A stretch of 64,000 nt of DNA, from NCBI GenBank assembly GCA_040219255.1, contig JAVJSW010000037.1:160001-224000 (forward strand). The letters run 5' to 3'. The position numbers were made by a program, and so were the translations under genes. The first letter of the stretch is position 1. The number at the start of each line of letters is the position of its first letter. The notes under the pieces were generated by a model. It saw nothing but the letters and a program-made list of their open reading frames with translations. It searched no databases and was not told the origin of the DNA. This DNA is from Sumerlaeia bacterium. GTDB taxonomy: Bacteria > Sumerlaeota > Sumerlaeia > SLMS01 > JAHLLQ01. Positions 18,505-28,757 of the stretch are shown here, one piece after another.

Positions 18505-19928
18505 GTCTGCACCATTCCCTTGAGCGGGTGCGGGCTGGGCGGAACGACGCTGCCGCGGTCCGCCAGCATCGTCTCCAGCCGCGCGATCAAGTCCGGTTCG
18601 AGCACATGCTCGATCGTGTCCGCGCCGGTGTCCACGTGGCTGGGCGCTACGTCGGCGTGGGCGATCAGGTACATCTCCCACAGGCGGTGGGTGCGCACGG
18701 CGTGAACGGCGGTGTAATAACCCAGGCGCGTCAGGGCGTAGCCGCCGCCCTTGTGGCGGATCAGGCCCTGGCGGATGTGGCGGGCCAGGGCGCGCTGCAG
18801 TTCGGCGCGGGTCCAGGAGCGTTCGGCCAGCAGGTCCTCGAAAGAGGCGGCCGTTTCCTTAGGGTCGTGGTGCTCGCGCTCGGCGAGTTCGTAGAGACCC
18901 CGCAGCAGGTGCTGGCTCGTGACTTTTCGCCGCAGCATGAGGCCCGCTCGCGAGCGATGCACGACGCCCCGGCGCGTGCCGAGCAGGAGGCTCAGGACGA
19001 ACAGCAGCGTCGCCACCAGAACGATGATCGCTCCGGCGGGAAAGGCGCCCATGAGGGCGCTCGCCGCCGAGCCGAAGAGACCGCTCAGGGCGCCGATGGT
19101 GCTCGAAATCGCCGCCATCCATCGCAAATCGTCGGTCCAGAATCGCGCCGCCGACGGAGGAATCACCAGCAGCGCGACCATCATGATGAGGCCCACGGCC
19201 TGGAGCCCGATCACCGTCACTAGCACCACCAGGGCCATCAGCGTGGCGTCCAGCAGGCCCGTCGGCCAGCCCTGTGTCCGGCCGAATTCCGCGTCGAAGC
19301 AGAGCAGGCCGAACTCCTTGAAGAGCGCGGCGCAGATGGCCGCCGCCACCGCCGCGAAAATCGCGATCAGCAGCGCGTCGCTCAACAGCATTGAGGCCGT
19401 CTTGCCGTAGATGAAGGACTTGAGGCCCGCCGCTTCGCCCGCGCCGAGGCGCTGGGCCACGCCAAGCAGGACGATGCCGAAGCCGAAGAACGTGCTGAGT
19501 ACGATAGCCAGGGCGACATCTTCTTTCAGCCGCGCGGTCTTGCGGATCAGTGTCACGGCGGCGGTGCCGAGGATGCCGCTGATGGCCGCGCCCAGCAGCA
19601 GACCGCCCAGATGCTTGCCCGATCCGCCCGCCAGCGCCATGACCACGAAGGCCGCGCAAATCCCCGGCAGCATGGCGTGGCTGATCGCGTCGGAAAGCAG
19701 GGCGCGCTTGCGCAGCAGCAGGAACGTCCCCACCAGGCCGGACGCGAGCCCCAGCAGCATCGTGCCGATGACCACGACGCGCGTGTTGTAATCCTGGAAC
19801 GTCAAGACCCGCACGAAATCGCTGGCGAAGGTGGACTCGGCCATCGCCGCCACCGGGACGAGCGGCAGCAGCGCCAGCGCCAACCACGACAGTTCCCGCC
19901 TTCCGCCGCTAGTTCGACGAAATCGCAT
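18501..19928 (-). CDS. Mn/Zn/Fe ABC permease (TroC/MntC-like) with C-terminal DtxR-type domain
   Basis: LLSDAISHAMLPG; C-terminal RTHRLWEMYL...ADTIEH...SPH. Confidence 0.9.
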   Translation of the reverse strand: MRFRRTSGGRRELSWLALALLPLVPVAAMAESTFASDFVRVLTFQDYNTRVVVIGTMLLGLASGLVGTFLLLRKRALLSDAISHAMLPGICAAFVVMALAGGSGKHLGGLLLGAAISGILGTAAVTLIRKTARLKEDVALAIVLSTFFGFGIVLLGVAQRLGAGEAAGLKSFIYGKTASMLLSDALLIAIFAAVAAAICAALFKEFGLLCFDAEFGRTQGWPTGLLDATLMALVVLVTVIGLQAVGLIMMVALLVIPPSAARFWTDDLRWMAAISSTIGALSGLFGSAASALMGAFPAGAIIVLVATLLFVLSLLLGTRRGVVHRSRAGLMLRRKVTSQHLLRGLYELAEREHHDPKETAASFEDLLAERSWTRAELQRALARHIRQGLIRHKGGGYALTRLGYYTAVHAVRTHRLWEMYLIAHADVAPSHVDTGADTIEHVLEPDLIARLETMLADRGSVVPPSPHPLKGMVQT

Positions 19929-20715
19929 GGGACGCCTCGCTCAGCAGGGTCAACCGGCCGCCATAGGTTTTCTTCAGGTTTTCTTCGGTGAAGACGTGCT
20001 TCGTGGGGCCATGCGCCACCACGCGCATGTTCAGCAGAATCACCGAGTCGAAGTACTGGCGCACCGTCTGGAGGTCGTGGTGGACGACGATCACGGTGCG
20101 GCCATTGGCCTTCAATTCCTTGAGAAGTTGGATGATGGCCTTCTCCGTCGCGGCGTCCACGCCGGCGAACGGTTCGTCCATGAAATACAATTCGGCGTCC
20201 TGGGCCAGGGCCCGGGCCAGGAAGACGCGCTGCTGCTGGCCACCGGAGAGCTGGCTGATCTGGCGGTCGGCGAAATCGCCCATGCCGACCTTTTCCAGGG
20301 CTTCACGGGCGCGGTCCTTGAACTTTCGCCCCACGGGCCGGAACCAACCCACCTCGCGGTACAACCCCATGCAAACCACATCCAGCGCCGACACGGGAAA
20401 GTCCCAGTCCACCGACTCGCGCTGGGGCACATAGCCGACCATCTGGCGATTCTTTTCGTAGGGCTTGCCAAAGACGTGGACGGTGCCGCTGGCCCGCGGG
20501 ACGAGGCCCATGGCCGCTTTCAGCAGCGTGGACTTACCCGCGCCGTTGGGCCCGATCAGGCCTACCAACTGTCCCTTGTGAATGTCCAGGTCCACATCCC
20601 ACAGCACCGGCTTGCGATGGTAGGCGACCGTCATGTCGTGAATGGACAGCGGGGCGTCGGGCGAGTGCTCGGTGCCGAAATCCGCTTTGTTCGCTATGGG
20701 TTTGTCGAGAAACAC
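19909..20715 (-). CDS. Metal ABC transporter ATP-binding protein (TroB/MntB-like)
   Basis: GPNGAGKST, YVPQRESVDWDFP, LSGGQQQR, MDEPF, VHHDL. Confidence 0.93.
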   Translation of the reverse strand: MFLDKPIANKADFGTEHSPDAPLSIHDMTVAYHRKPVLWDVDLDIHKGQLVGLIGPNGAGKSTLLKAAMGLVPRASGTVHVFGKPYEKNRQMVGYVPQRESVDWDFPVSALDVVCMGLYREVGWFRPVGRKFKDRAREALEKVGMGDFADRQISQLSGGQQQRVFLARALAQDAELYFMDEPFAGVDAATEKAIIQLLKELKANGRTVIVVHHDLQTVRQYFDSVILLNMRVVAHGPTKHVFTEENLKKTYGGRLTLLSEASHAISSN

Positions 20716-20727
20716 GGTGCGGTTTTC

Positions 20728-21756
20728 CTATTCGGGTCCGTTCTGGCTCAGTTGTCCCTGCATGCCCCGTACCGGAGCTTCTCCGCCCAGCGCCCGCGCG
20801 ATCAGGGTCGCATTGTTGTCGATCATGCCGACGTAGGTGCCTTCGTAGGTGCCTTCCTTGCCCATGGCGTCGCTGAAGAGCGAACCGCCGATGCGCACGT
20901 CGTGGCCTTTGGCGCGGGCGCCTTCGATCAGGGCGCGGACGTTCTTGTCGGCGATGGTGCTCTCCACGAACACGGCCGGGATTTGCCGCTCGACCAGCAG
21001 GTCCACCAGCCGGTTGATGTCTTGCAGGCTCGCCTCGCTTTCCGTCGAAAGGCCCTGGATGCCCATGACCTCCAGGTCGTAGGCGCGCCCCATGTAGTTG
21101 AAGGCGTCGTGGGCCGTGACCAGGACGCGCTGGCCTTGCGGGATGCTGGCGATGGCGGTGCGGGTGTAGTCGTCCAGGGCCTGGAGGGTTTCGCGGTAGG
21201 TCTGCGCGTTGGCCGCATAGGTCTCGGCGCCCGCCGGGTCGAACTCGCTGAGAGCTTTTTCCACCGCGCCGGTCGCCAGCAGCCAGCCCTGCACGTCCAT
21301 CCAGACGTGAGGGTCGGGATGGGCGTCATCGCCCTCGCCGAGGCCGATCACATAGTCCTCGTCGAGCATTTCGGTTACCGCATAGACCGGCTTCTGGCGC
21401 CCCGTGCGCATCAGCGCGTCGGTCAGGCGCCCTTCAAGAAGCAGGCCATTGTAGAAAATGATGTCGGCATCGAGGAGCTTGGCCAGGTCGCCGCGGGTCG
21501 GCGTGTAGAGGTGCGGGTCCGACCCGGCGCCGATCAGCACGGACACGTTGGCGCGGTCTCCTGCGATGTTCTTCACGATGTCGCCGATCATTCCGACGGT
21601 GGCGACGGCGCGGTAGGGCACGGCGAGCTCGCCGTCCGGGGCGGTGCTTTGTTGGCTGCCGGGAGGTGATTCGGACGAACCGCACCCGGCCCCGAAAGCG
21701 GCCAGGACGAGACAAATCCACAAGAAGGGCAAGGGTTGGGGGAGGCTTCGAAGCAT
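20728..21756 (-). CDS. Metal ABC substrate-binding lipoprotein (TroA-like)
   Basis: Lipobox GAGC; DPHLY, DPHVWMD, TAHDAF, SDAMG. Confidence 0.93.
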   Translation of the reverse strand: MLRSLPQPLPFLWICLVLAAFGAGCGSSESPPGSQQSTAPDGELAVPYRAVATVGMIGDIVKNIAGDRANVSVLIGAGSDPHLYTPTRGDLAKLLDADIIFYNGLLLEGRLTDALMRTGRQKPVYAVTEMLDEDYVIGLGEGDDAHPDPHVWMDVQGWLLATGAVEKALSEFDPAGAETYAANAQTYRETLQALDDYTRTAIASIPQGQRVLVTAHDAFNYMGRAYDLEVMGIQGLSTESEASLQDINRLVDLLVERQIPAVFVESTIADKNVRALIEGARAKGHDVRIGGSLFSDAMGKEGTYEGTYVGMIDNNATLIARALGGEAPVRGMQGQLSQNGPE

Positions 21757-21816
21757 CCGGAGTTCTCCAACGGAAAAGATGGGCGGGTGGTTGGAACCGT
21801 CCGCCAGACAGCGCGA

Positions 21817-21847
21817 TTTGTAACCTAAGCTAAAGCTGTTAGGTCAA
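21817..21847 (-). promoter_or_regulatory. Putative DtxR/MntR-type operator overlapping the tro operon promoter
   Basis: Minus strand TTGACC-TAACAGCTTTAGCTTAGGTTACAAA; contains TTAGGTTA, a DtxR half-site. Confidence 0.5.
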
Positions 21848-21880
21848 GGTGATTTTTGTAGCTAAGGCTTTCAAGCCGGA

Positions 21881-23212
21881 TCAGGCGGGTAGGATTTTGG
21901 CCACCGCCACCAGCAGTCCGACCGAGACCAAGCCCCCTCCCGCAGCCATCAGGAAGCGTCGCGAGAGCGATGCCGGAATCCACAGCGCGCAGGCCGCCGC
22001 GAATGTGGACAGTATCGGAAACAGCGAGCCGGCGATGATGTTTGGGTTTGATTCGGGCCAACTTGCCATGCCCGTAAGCGACGATGAGGTGAACACCGAA
22101 ACAATGATCACCATTGGCAACGCGTAAGTGAAGGCAGACCTTGGGACGTCGCGAGACAGAAGGAACGCCAGCCCCCAGGCGGCGGATGTACCAAGCATCA
22201 TAAAGGAAATCCATCCTTCACGGGTGCCGAGAAGACTGGCGATCAACTGGCCAACTTTCGTCAAAATGACAAGGATCGACAAGAAACCCACCATGCGCCA
22301 AAGGCTCGCCCGCAAGAGGAGTTGACGCTCCAACTTGCCTGCGGTCGGTGTCTCTTCCTTCAGCAGACCCTCTGCCTCCCGGGGCAGGTATGACTCGAGT
22401 AGAACCGGCATCCTCACCGAGAACCACATTCCCAGACCCGTCTTCACTGCCAGAAAGGCCCAAAAGAAAGGAACCGCGTTCTCGAAGTCATCGAACGTGT
22501 GAAAGTTCATTTCCAGGAGCAAAGTGATCGGGAAGCCGCTCGTCAGCACCGTAAGCAAGACCATCGGAGGGGCTGCCCGGGAAAAGGACCTTGTGATGAG
22601 CAACGCGGCCATCCAAAGCGTGACGTTGTAATAGAGGTGAATACCGCCTTCTGCGCCGAGGATGAGGGGAATGGAGAGAATTTCTTCCGTGAATCTGGAA
22701 CTCGGTCTCTCTACCAGGAGCAGTGTAGATGTCGCGACGACCGGCAAAGTCAGCGCGAGCATCGTTAGAACCGACTGGCCGATCCGCCATCGCGCTCGGA
22801 AATAGGGCCAAGCCCCCGCTGTGGTCGGTGCGAGATCGGCCAAGGTCCGCTGAAACGAGGAACTGAACCAGATTAGCCCTGCGGCAAATGCGGCAAGAAC
22901 GGGTGGAGCGAAGACATAGGCGAACCAGGAGAGCCGGAACAGCCATGTAGATCGCCTCGAAGGGAGCCATCCGCCTGGCAATAGAAGCACCAACAGCATG
23001 GCCGTGATCAGGAACAGCCCCAGCCCTCCCGCCAGCCACTGCACCCCGCGCCCCCAGTGGCGTGGCCGGGCGAGGCGGCGCCATTCGCGGGCGGCGAACT
23101 CGTCCGGGGCGAGCCATGTGGCGAATCGGCGCCGCGGCGTCAAAGCTGTGTCGTTTCGCCCCGGTTGTGCCGGTTCGTCGCGCTCTGGGGTGGGTGCATT
23201 GGCGGCGGTCAT
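21881..23212 (-). CDS. Hypothetical polytopic membrane protein
   Basis: Long ORF with about ten hydrophobic segments; no family recognised. Confidence 0.65.
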   Translation of the reverse strand: MTAANAPTPERDEPAQPGRNDTALTPRRRFATWLAPDEFAAREWRRLARPRHWGRGVQWLAGGLGLFLITAMLLVLLLPGGWLPSRRSTWLFRLSWFAYVFAPPVLAAFAAGLIWFSSSFQRTLADLAPTTAGAWPYFRARWRIGQSVLTMLALTLPVVATSTLLLVERPSSRFTEEILSIPLILGAEGGIHLYYNVTLWMAALLITRSFSRAAPPMVLLTVLTSGFPITLLLEMNFHTFDDFENAVPFFWAFLAVKTGLGMWFSVRMPVLLESYLPREAEGLLKEETPTAGKLERQLLLRASLWRMVGFLSILVILTKVGQLIASLLGTREGWISFMMLGTSAAWGLAFLLSRDVPRSAFTYALPMVIIVSVFTSSSLTGMASWPESNPNIIAGSLFPILSTFAAACALWIPASLSRRFLMAAGGGLVSVGLLVAVAKILPA

Positions 23213-23345
23213 CGCGGCGGGGGGGCTTTGCGTGGTGGTTTCGTCGAAGTCTCGCCTTTGGATTAAGGCTTGCTGAGGACGTGGGGTGATTGTCAGTTAG
23301 GGCATCCTGCGATGCCGGACAGGTGAAAAGGAAAAAATTGTGTCG

Positions 23346-24578
23346 ATGAATCAACCGCCGAATCCCCATGGCCAAAATCCCGGGCCCCCGAATCCTTCCT
23401 ATCCTCCGCAGGGAGCGCAGGGGCCGACGCCTCCGCCCCAGGGCCCGCAACGGCCTCCGGCGCCCTATGGCCCGATGCCTGGCGGTCCGCCGCCGCAGCA
23501 GCGCCCCGGCGGTTTCGCCCCGCCCCCATACGCCCAGCCGGGCGGCCGGCCTCCCTATCCGCCTCAGGCGCCGGGCGGGCGCAAACTCAAGCGTTCGCCC
23601 GTTCCCCTCATCATCGGCCTCGTGGTCCTGATGGTCTTCGTCGTGGGATCGCTCGTGGCGTTTGTGGGCGCGCTCTCCGCCACCGGCGGCGGTGCGGGCG
23701 GCGGCTTTTCCTTTGGCGACAAGATCGCCGTTCTCGATGTGGAAGGCCCCATCGGCGAAGGTCCCGCCTATTTCGCCGACAGCAAGACCCTGAAAAACCA
23801 GGTTCTGCGCTGGGCGGAAAACGATAGCGTCAAGGGTCTCGTGGTCCGTCTCAACACCCCCGGCGGAGCCGTGGCCCCGACGGAAGAAGTCTACGACGCC
23901 ATCGTGGAGTTCGGCAAAACCGGCAAACCGGTCTACGCCAGCATGGGCAGCGTCGCCGCCAGCGGGGGCTATTACCTCGCCATGGCGGCGGACCCCGGCC
24001 AGGTACACACCAACGGCGGCACCATCACGGGGTCGGTGGGCGTGATCCTGAACCTGATGGGTTATCAGGCTTTGATGGATAAGATCGGTTTGGAATCGCG
24101 CGTCATCAAGAGCGGCGAATTCAAGGACATCGGCAACGGCGCCCGCGACCTGACGGAAGCCGAGCGCGAGCTTCTCGATACCATGGTGGACGACGTGTAC
24201 GAGCAGTTCCTCGAGGTCGTCATGGAAGACCGTTACCAGGCGGTCCACGATCTGCTGACCAAGGCCGCCGGCCCCGGCGGCGACCCGGTGGAGGAAGCGG
24301 ACGTGGAAGCCTACCTGCGCACGTACTGCGACGGCCGCATCTTCAGCGGACGTCAGGCGGTGGAACTCGGCATGGCCGACAGCGTTTCGACGTTCGACGA
24401 AGCTCTCGACGCGATGCGCAAGCAACTGGGCATGGACAAGAACTCGCCCATCGTCCGCGCGCCGGTGCGGCCCCAGGGCCTCTTCGGTTCGATCAAGCAG
24501 CAGGTCAACACGATGCAGCAGGAACTGCCCGGCGGCGCGCCGCTCGGCCTCGAATACCGCATGGTGCTGGTCAAGTAA
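23346..24578 (+). CDS. sppA: Signal peptide peptidase SppA (36K type) with Pro-rich N-terminus
   Basis: NTPGG, KPVYASMGSVAASGGYY, TGSVGV, KSGEFKD, DGRIFSGRQA. Confidence 0.93.
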   Translation: MNQPPNPHGQNPGPPNPSYPPQGAQGPTPPPQGPQRPPAPYGPMPGGPPPQQRPGGFAPPPYAQPGGRPPYPPQAPGGRKLKRSPVPLIIGLVVLMVFVVGSLVAFVGALSATGGGAGGGFSFGDKIAVLDVEGPIGEGPAYFADSKTLKNQVLRWAENDSVKGLVVRLNTPGGAVAPTEEVYDAIVEFGKTGKPVYASMGSVAASGGYYLAMAADPGQVHTNGGTITGSVGVILNLMGYQALMDKIGLESRVIKSGEFKDIGNGARDLTEAERELLDTMVDDVYEQFLEVVMEDRYQAVHDLLTKAAGPGGDPVEEADVEAYLRTYCDGRIFSGRQAVELGMADSVSTFDEALDAMRKQLGMDKNSPIVRAPVRPQGLFGSIKQQVNTMQQELPGGAPLGLEYRMVLVK

Positions 24579-24624
24579 GAACCCTCCGGGCCCACGTCCC
24601 GGCAAGAAAGTCTGGAACACAGCC

Positions 24625-25020
24625 ATGGCCTTATCCCATCGCGCGCGGCGCGTGGAAGAACTCATCAAGGACACCGTGTCCGAAATCATCCAGCGCGACC
24701 TCAAGGATCCGCGCCTGCCCATGATTTTCTCCGTTACCCGGGTGCGCGTCACGCCGGACTTGCAGCAGGCCCGCGTGCTCTTCAGCCAGCTTCCCGATGA
24801 CGATGAAGCGGTCGAAGAAACCTACGAGCTGCTTGAGAGCGCCCGCGGATACATCCGGCGGGAGTTGGGCCACCGCATCACGTTGCGTTACGTTCCGGAA
24901 CTCGAATTCTCCTTCGATCCTTCGGTGCGCGAAACGCAACGCATCAGCCAATTGATCTCCGAGTCGGAAAAGAACGTTCCGGACTCGGGAGACGAGCCGA
25001 ACCCTTCGCGTCTCGACTAG
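24625..25020 (+). CDS. rbfA: 30S ribosome-binding factor A
   Basis: RARRVEE, LKDPR, VTPDL, LRYVPELEF. Confidence 0.93.
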   Translation: MALSHRARRVEELIKDTVSEIIQRDLKDPRLPMIFSVTRVRVTPDLQQARVLFSQLPDDDEAVEETYELLESARGYIRRELGHRITLRYVPELEFSFDPSVRETQRISQLISESEKNVPDSGDEPNPSRLD

Positions 25021-25285
25021 GCACGCCGCCGCGTTCTCGGCAGGCCCCCTAAGAAAAAGTCCAACTTCGCGGCGCACGGTCCAGTCAGGATCGTGCGCTT
25101 TTCTCTTTAAGTGCTGAAAAAACGAATGTTAGGTTCTTGGATCAGCTCCTTCTTCGCTTCTGGCATAACGTTTGAGTCTTCTTCCCGTCGGAAGTGGCGA
25201 AGCGCCATCCGGCATTTCGCCCCCTACCTTTCTCGAACACGCTAACAATCGAGATACAAATACCTTTTCCTAACTCAGAAGGAGT

Positions 25286-27403
25286 ATGGATATGAATCAC
25301 AAGAAATACATCGCCACCCTGTCCGCCTTTACGTTCCTCGTCAGCGCCTCCGCGATGCCGGCCATCGCCCAGGACACCCGCCCCGGTTCCTCCCAGTCCA
25401 TCCAGGAACGCAGCGAAGTGTCCCCCGGCTGGGAACGCGACCTCGGTCAGGCGAACCAGCAGTCCAATGCGAAGCGTGTCGAAACCTACGATCAACTTGA
25501 CCGCCGCCTGACCAAACTGCGCAGCGACGCCATCGAACTTCTGCGCCAAGCCCGCACCGAGGAAGACAACGACGACCTCGAAGACCGCATCGAAAAGGTG
25601 CGCGAGGAATTCGAAGACATCAAGGAATTGGTTCGCGAGATGGATGGCATCCAGGCCACCGGCATCCGTGACGCCCGCGCCCAGAACGGCCAGACCCGCT
25701 ATGGCATCCGCACCAAGGCCGATGGCTCCTCGGAAATCGTGGAAGAAGGCTCCTACGATTACGATGGCGGCTATGGCGAGACCGTGCAGCCGAACAGTGC
25801 CAAGACACGCGATGACTTGACGGTCGGCGGCGAGCGCCGCGAGGGCAACCAGGACGGCGCCGGCGTGACGAGCGACCGCCGCGTCAGCGACACCGCCGTC
25901 GCCAATCCCGGCGATTCCCAGACCTCAGGCCAGCGCGGTACCCAGGCCAGCCAGCGCGGCGGCCAGGGCCAGCAAGAGGCGCTCTACCTCTACGTCGTGG
26001 ATTTGGGCGAAAGTTTCGACCGGGCACTTGAGCGGAACCGAAACCAAGACGGCTCGCAAGCCACCGGTCGGCAGGGCCAAGCCGATCGCAACCGCGATCA
26101 GGCCCGCAACGCCCAGAACCGCGATTACGAGACCTCAGAGCGAGAGTTCACTCAGCAATTCGACCGCTTCCAGAGCCGGTTGCGTCAGGACCGCACGATG
26201 GCCCAGAACAACCAGGGCGATTGGAATCAGGGCCGCACCACTCAGCGCGACCAGCAGGACCGCTCGCAGTGGAACCGCAGCCAGGCCTCCGCTCAGCAGG
26301 GTGATGTCCAGCAGGTCTACAACGAAACCACCGAAATCCTGAAAGAAATCCGCCAGTCGGTGATGGAGATCGCCAGCACGACCGGTCTGGCCGAAGGGAC
26401 CAACCCGGTCGGGCAGTACGGGGGCGACGTCAATCGCGGTTCCACTCCGGGTGTCCAGACGGATGGCATGAATCAGCGGGAGCCCGGCATGCGGGACCGC
26501 AACAATCCCGGCACCATGGATCGCAACCTGCGCACCCAGCCCGGCTCCCCGGCGGACCGTGGCATGGGTAACACGCCAATGGGTGATCGCACCCTGGGCA
26601 CGGAAGATCGGAACGACCAGGGCATCTGGCAGCGCGACGATCAGACCCGCAGCGGCCAGCGCGAACAGGACCAGCGAGATTTGGGTCAGCGTGACCAGGG
26701 CCAGTGGAACCCGGACCAGAACGATCAGGCTTCCGTCGACAAGAGCCAGAAGCTCCAGCAGAAGTTCGACAAGCTGGATCAGAGCATCCGCGAACTGGAA
26801 AACGCTGTCATCAGCGGGTTGCGCGATGACGTTCGCGCTGGCGCCGCGCAGAACAACGAGAAGAGCGACGCCGTGCAGCAGATCAGCACCGACTTCATCC
26901 AGGCCCGGGAAATCAGCGGCATCATCGAAGCCACCGTCGTCAGCATGGCCCAGGCCAAGGGGACGATGAAGGACATCCGCAGTGGCGTGAACCAGATGGA
27001 GAACGATCTGAATTCGCTGAATCGCGACCAGCAGGGCCTCGATCCGGTCGTTCGGGCCTCTGACCCGCAGCAGCGCAACCGCGACATCCTCGTGAACGAG
27101 GACAACGAAATGGTTGCCTACGGCGAGCCCACCGGCCAGACCGGTCGTCAGGACAACGGGAATCGTCAGGGCCAGATGAACCGCACCGGTGAAAACACCG
27201 GTCAGACGGATCGGCGCGCCGGTGAGACCGGCCAGGACAGTTCAAGTCTCGACCGCCAGTTCAACCGCCTCGCCCGCCTGATTTACGGCGCGACCAGCGA
27301 CTACTACGCGGCCATTGGCGAGCAGAACCCCATCGAGCGTCCCCGCTTCGTCAGCATGGGCGGCGGTACTGCGGGCGAGCGCACGCTCCGCACGGTGCAG
27401 TAA
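25286..27403 (+). CDS. Secreted Gln/Arg/Asp/Gly-rich low-complexity hypothetical protein
   Basis: AAGGAG RBS, signal peptide ending AIA-QD, biased composition, coiled-coil-like segments. Confidence 0.8.
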   Translation: MDMNHKKYIATLSAFTFLVSASAMPAIAQDTRPGSSQSIQERSEVSPGWERDLGQANQQSNAKRVETYDQLDRRLTKLRSDAIELLRQARTEEDNDDLEDRIEKVREEFEDIKELVREMDGIQATGIRDARAQNGQTRYGIRTKADGSSEIVEEGSYDYDGGYGETVQPNSAKTRDDLTVGGERREGNQDGAGVTSDRRVSDTAVANPGDSQTSGQRGTQASQRGGQGQQEALYLYVVDLGESFDRALERNRNQDGSQATGRQGQADRNRDQARNAQNRDYETSEREFTQQFDRFQSRLRQDRTMAQNNQGDWNQGRTTQRDQQDRSQWNRSQASAQQGDVQQVYNETTEILKEIRQSVMEIASTTGLAEGTNPVGQYGGDVNRGSTPGVQTDGMNQREPGMRDRNNPGTMDRNLRTQPGSPADRGMGNTPMGDRTLGTEDRNDQGIWQRDDQTRSGQREQDQRDLGQRDQGQWNPDQNDQASVDKSQKLQQKFDKLDQSIRELENAVISGLRDDVRAGAAQNNEKSDAVQQISTDFIQAREISGIIEATVVSMAQAKGTMKDIRSGVNQMENDLNSLNRDQQGLDPVVRASDPQQRNRDILVNEDNEMVAYGEPTGQTGRQDNGNRQGQMNRTGENTGQTDRRAGETGQDSSSLDRQFNRLARLIYGATSDYYAAIGEQNPIERPRFVSMGGGTAGERTLRTVQ

Positions 27404-27458
27404 GACCCCTGGCGCTGATGCGCTGAGGCGCTAGCCAGAGAAAGCCACAGACGCCGAA

Positions 27459-27502
27459 GGGGCGCCCGCGGAGCAGATGCGCCGCGGGCGCTTTCTTCGT
27501 TT
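27459..27502 (+). terminator. Hairpin terminator between convergent genes
   Basis: GCGCCCGCGG-agcagatgcg-CCGCGGGCGC followed by TTTCTTCGTTT. Confidence 0.7.
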
Positions 27503-28665
27503 CAGGGCTGATACGGATTGGCGGGGGAGTAGAAGGGATTGGCGGTGCCATCGATCGTCAGGCGCACCGGCGTCTTGGGGCTCGTCATGGTGTTGAAATC
27601 GAAGGTATCGCCCGGCACCAGCTTCGTGCGCAGCACGTTGCGATAGATCAACGGCTGATTGGGCTGCACTTGAGTGGCGGTCGTCTGGTCGTCCTCGATC
27701 AGAACATAGGCTGCCCGGCCGGCGGAACTGTCTTGGGCGTCCACGTGGCCGATACCCTGGCTGTCGATGAAGATGGAGGTTTGCTCGTTCACGCCGACGC
27801 CGGCGATGCGGCCGGTGCGGCCGTCCTGGCGAAGCTGGGCCATGAAACCCATCAGGCGCCCGAGCCGATCGCGTTGCTCGAAATGGGTGTCGGTAATGAC
27901 GCTGTCAAGAATCGGCGCGTCGAGGAAGCGGCCCGAGATGGCCATCGTCTCGTCGTAGGGATTGGCGGCGGCGATTTCCGCCGTGGCGCTGTCCACGTTG
28001 TCGGGGTCGTAGATGAACTCGCCGAGGATTGCCAGACCGGCCGAGGTGCCGCCGATCACGGCGCCGCGCTCGAAGGCTTCCTGCATGGCGGATTGAAGCT
28101 TGGTGCCTTCCCAGGCGTTCAGGTAGGTGCTCTGATCGCCGCCGGCGAACCAGATCAGTTCGGCGCTGCGAACGACCCATTGCACGTAATCGCTGTTGGC
28201 TTCGGCCGGCTCGCGGATGCGAAGGGTTTCGACGGAATTGGGCTTCAATTCATCGCTGCGCATCTCGAAGAGGTAGTCGTTGTAGCCATCGGTGCCGCTG
28301 GTGCGCAACACGACCACGTCGCCGCCGTTGGCGACTTTGAGGGCGCGGTCGCGGAAGGCCTGCTCCACTTCCGTGCTGCCGCCCATCAGCAGCAATGCGG
28401 GACCGTCCTGAGGCACCACGCGGGCATCCGAGGGATCGCCGGTCAGCCAGATGCGGAAATCGCGATCCGTGGGCGGAGTCTCGGGCCGCGGACCGAAGTC
28501 CGGCGGTTCGCTCTCCAGGGGGGCACCGTAAACCATGAAGCCGGTGAACGAGGCGCCAAACGTGGCGGGCCCGCCCATGAAGGCGGCGATCAGCAGCGTC
28601 AGGCTGAGTTGAGAAAGTACCAGCGTTCGATTGAAAGTCACGGTTCGGAAATCCTTTGGAAGCAT
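27502..28665 (-). CDS. Secreted cyanophycinase-like peptidase (S51)
   Basis: LMGG, FAGGDQ, IGGTSAG (catalytic Ser), ITDTHFEQRDRLGRL; signal-like N-terminus. Confidence 0.85.
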   Translation of the reverse strand: MLPKDFRTVTFNRTLVLSQLSLTLLIAAFMGGPATFGASFTGFMVYGAPLESEPPDFGPRPETPPTDRDFRIWLTGDPSDARVVPQDGPALLLMGGSTEVEQAFRDRALKVANGGDVVVLRTSGTDGYNDYLFEMRSDELKPNSVETLRIREPAEANSDYVQWVVRSAELIWFAGGDQSTYLNAWEGTKLQSAMQEAFERGAVIGGTSAGLAILGEFIYDPDNVDSATAEIAAANPYDETMAISGRFLDAPILDSVITDTHFEQRDRLGRLMGFMAQLRQDGRTGRIAGVGVNEQTSIFIDSQGIGHVDAQDSSAGRAAYVLIEDDQTTATQVQPNQPLIYRNVLRTKLVPGDTFDFNTMTSPKTPVRLTIDGTANPFYSPANPYQP

Positions 28666-28757
28666 CGAAGATCTTCTGTCGATGCGCTCTCGCGCACCCA
28701 GAGTCGCTTCCGGGAGTACGGCCCGCGAAGGGATTATTCAAGTGATAAAGTGAATGG

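Noticed and set aside
25900-27240. CRISPR or tandem DNA repeat array in the Q-rich gene
   Set aside because: Repeats are degenerate and at the protein level, with no fixed repeat-spacer periodicity
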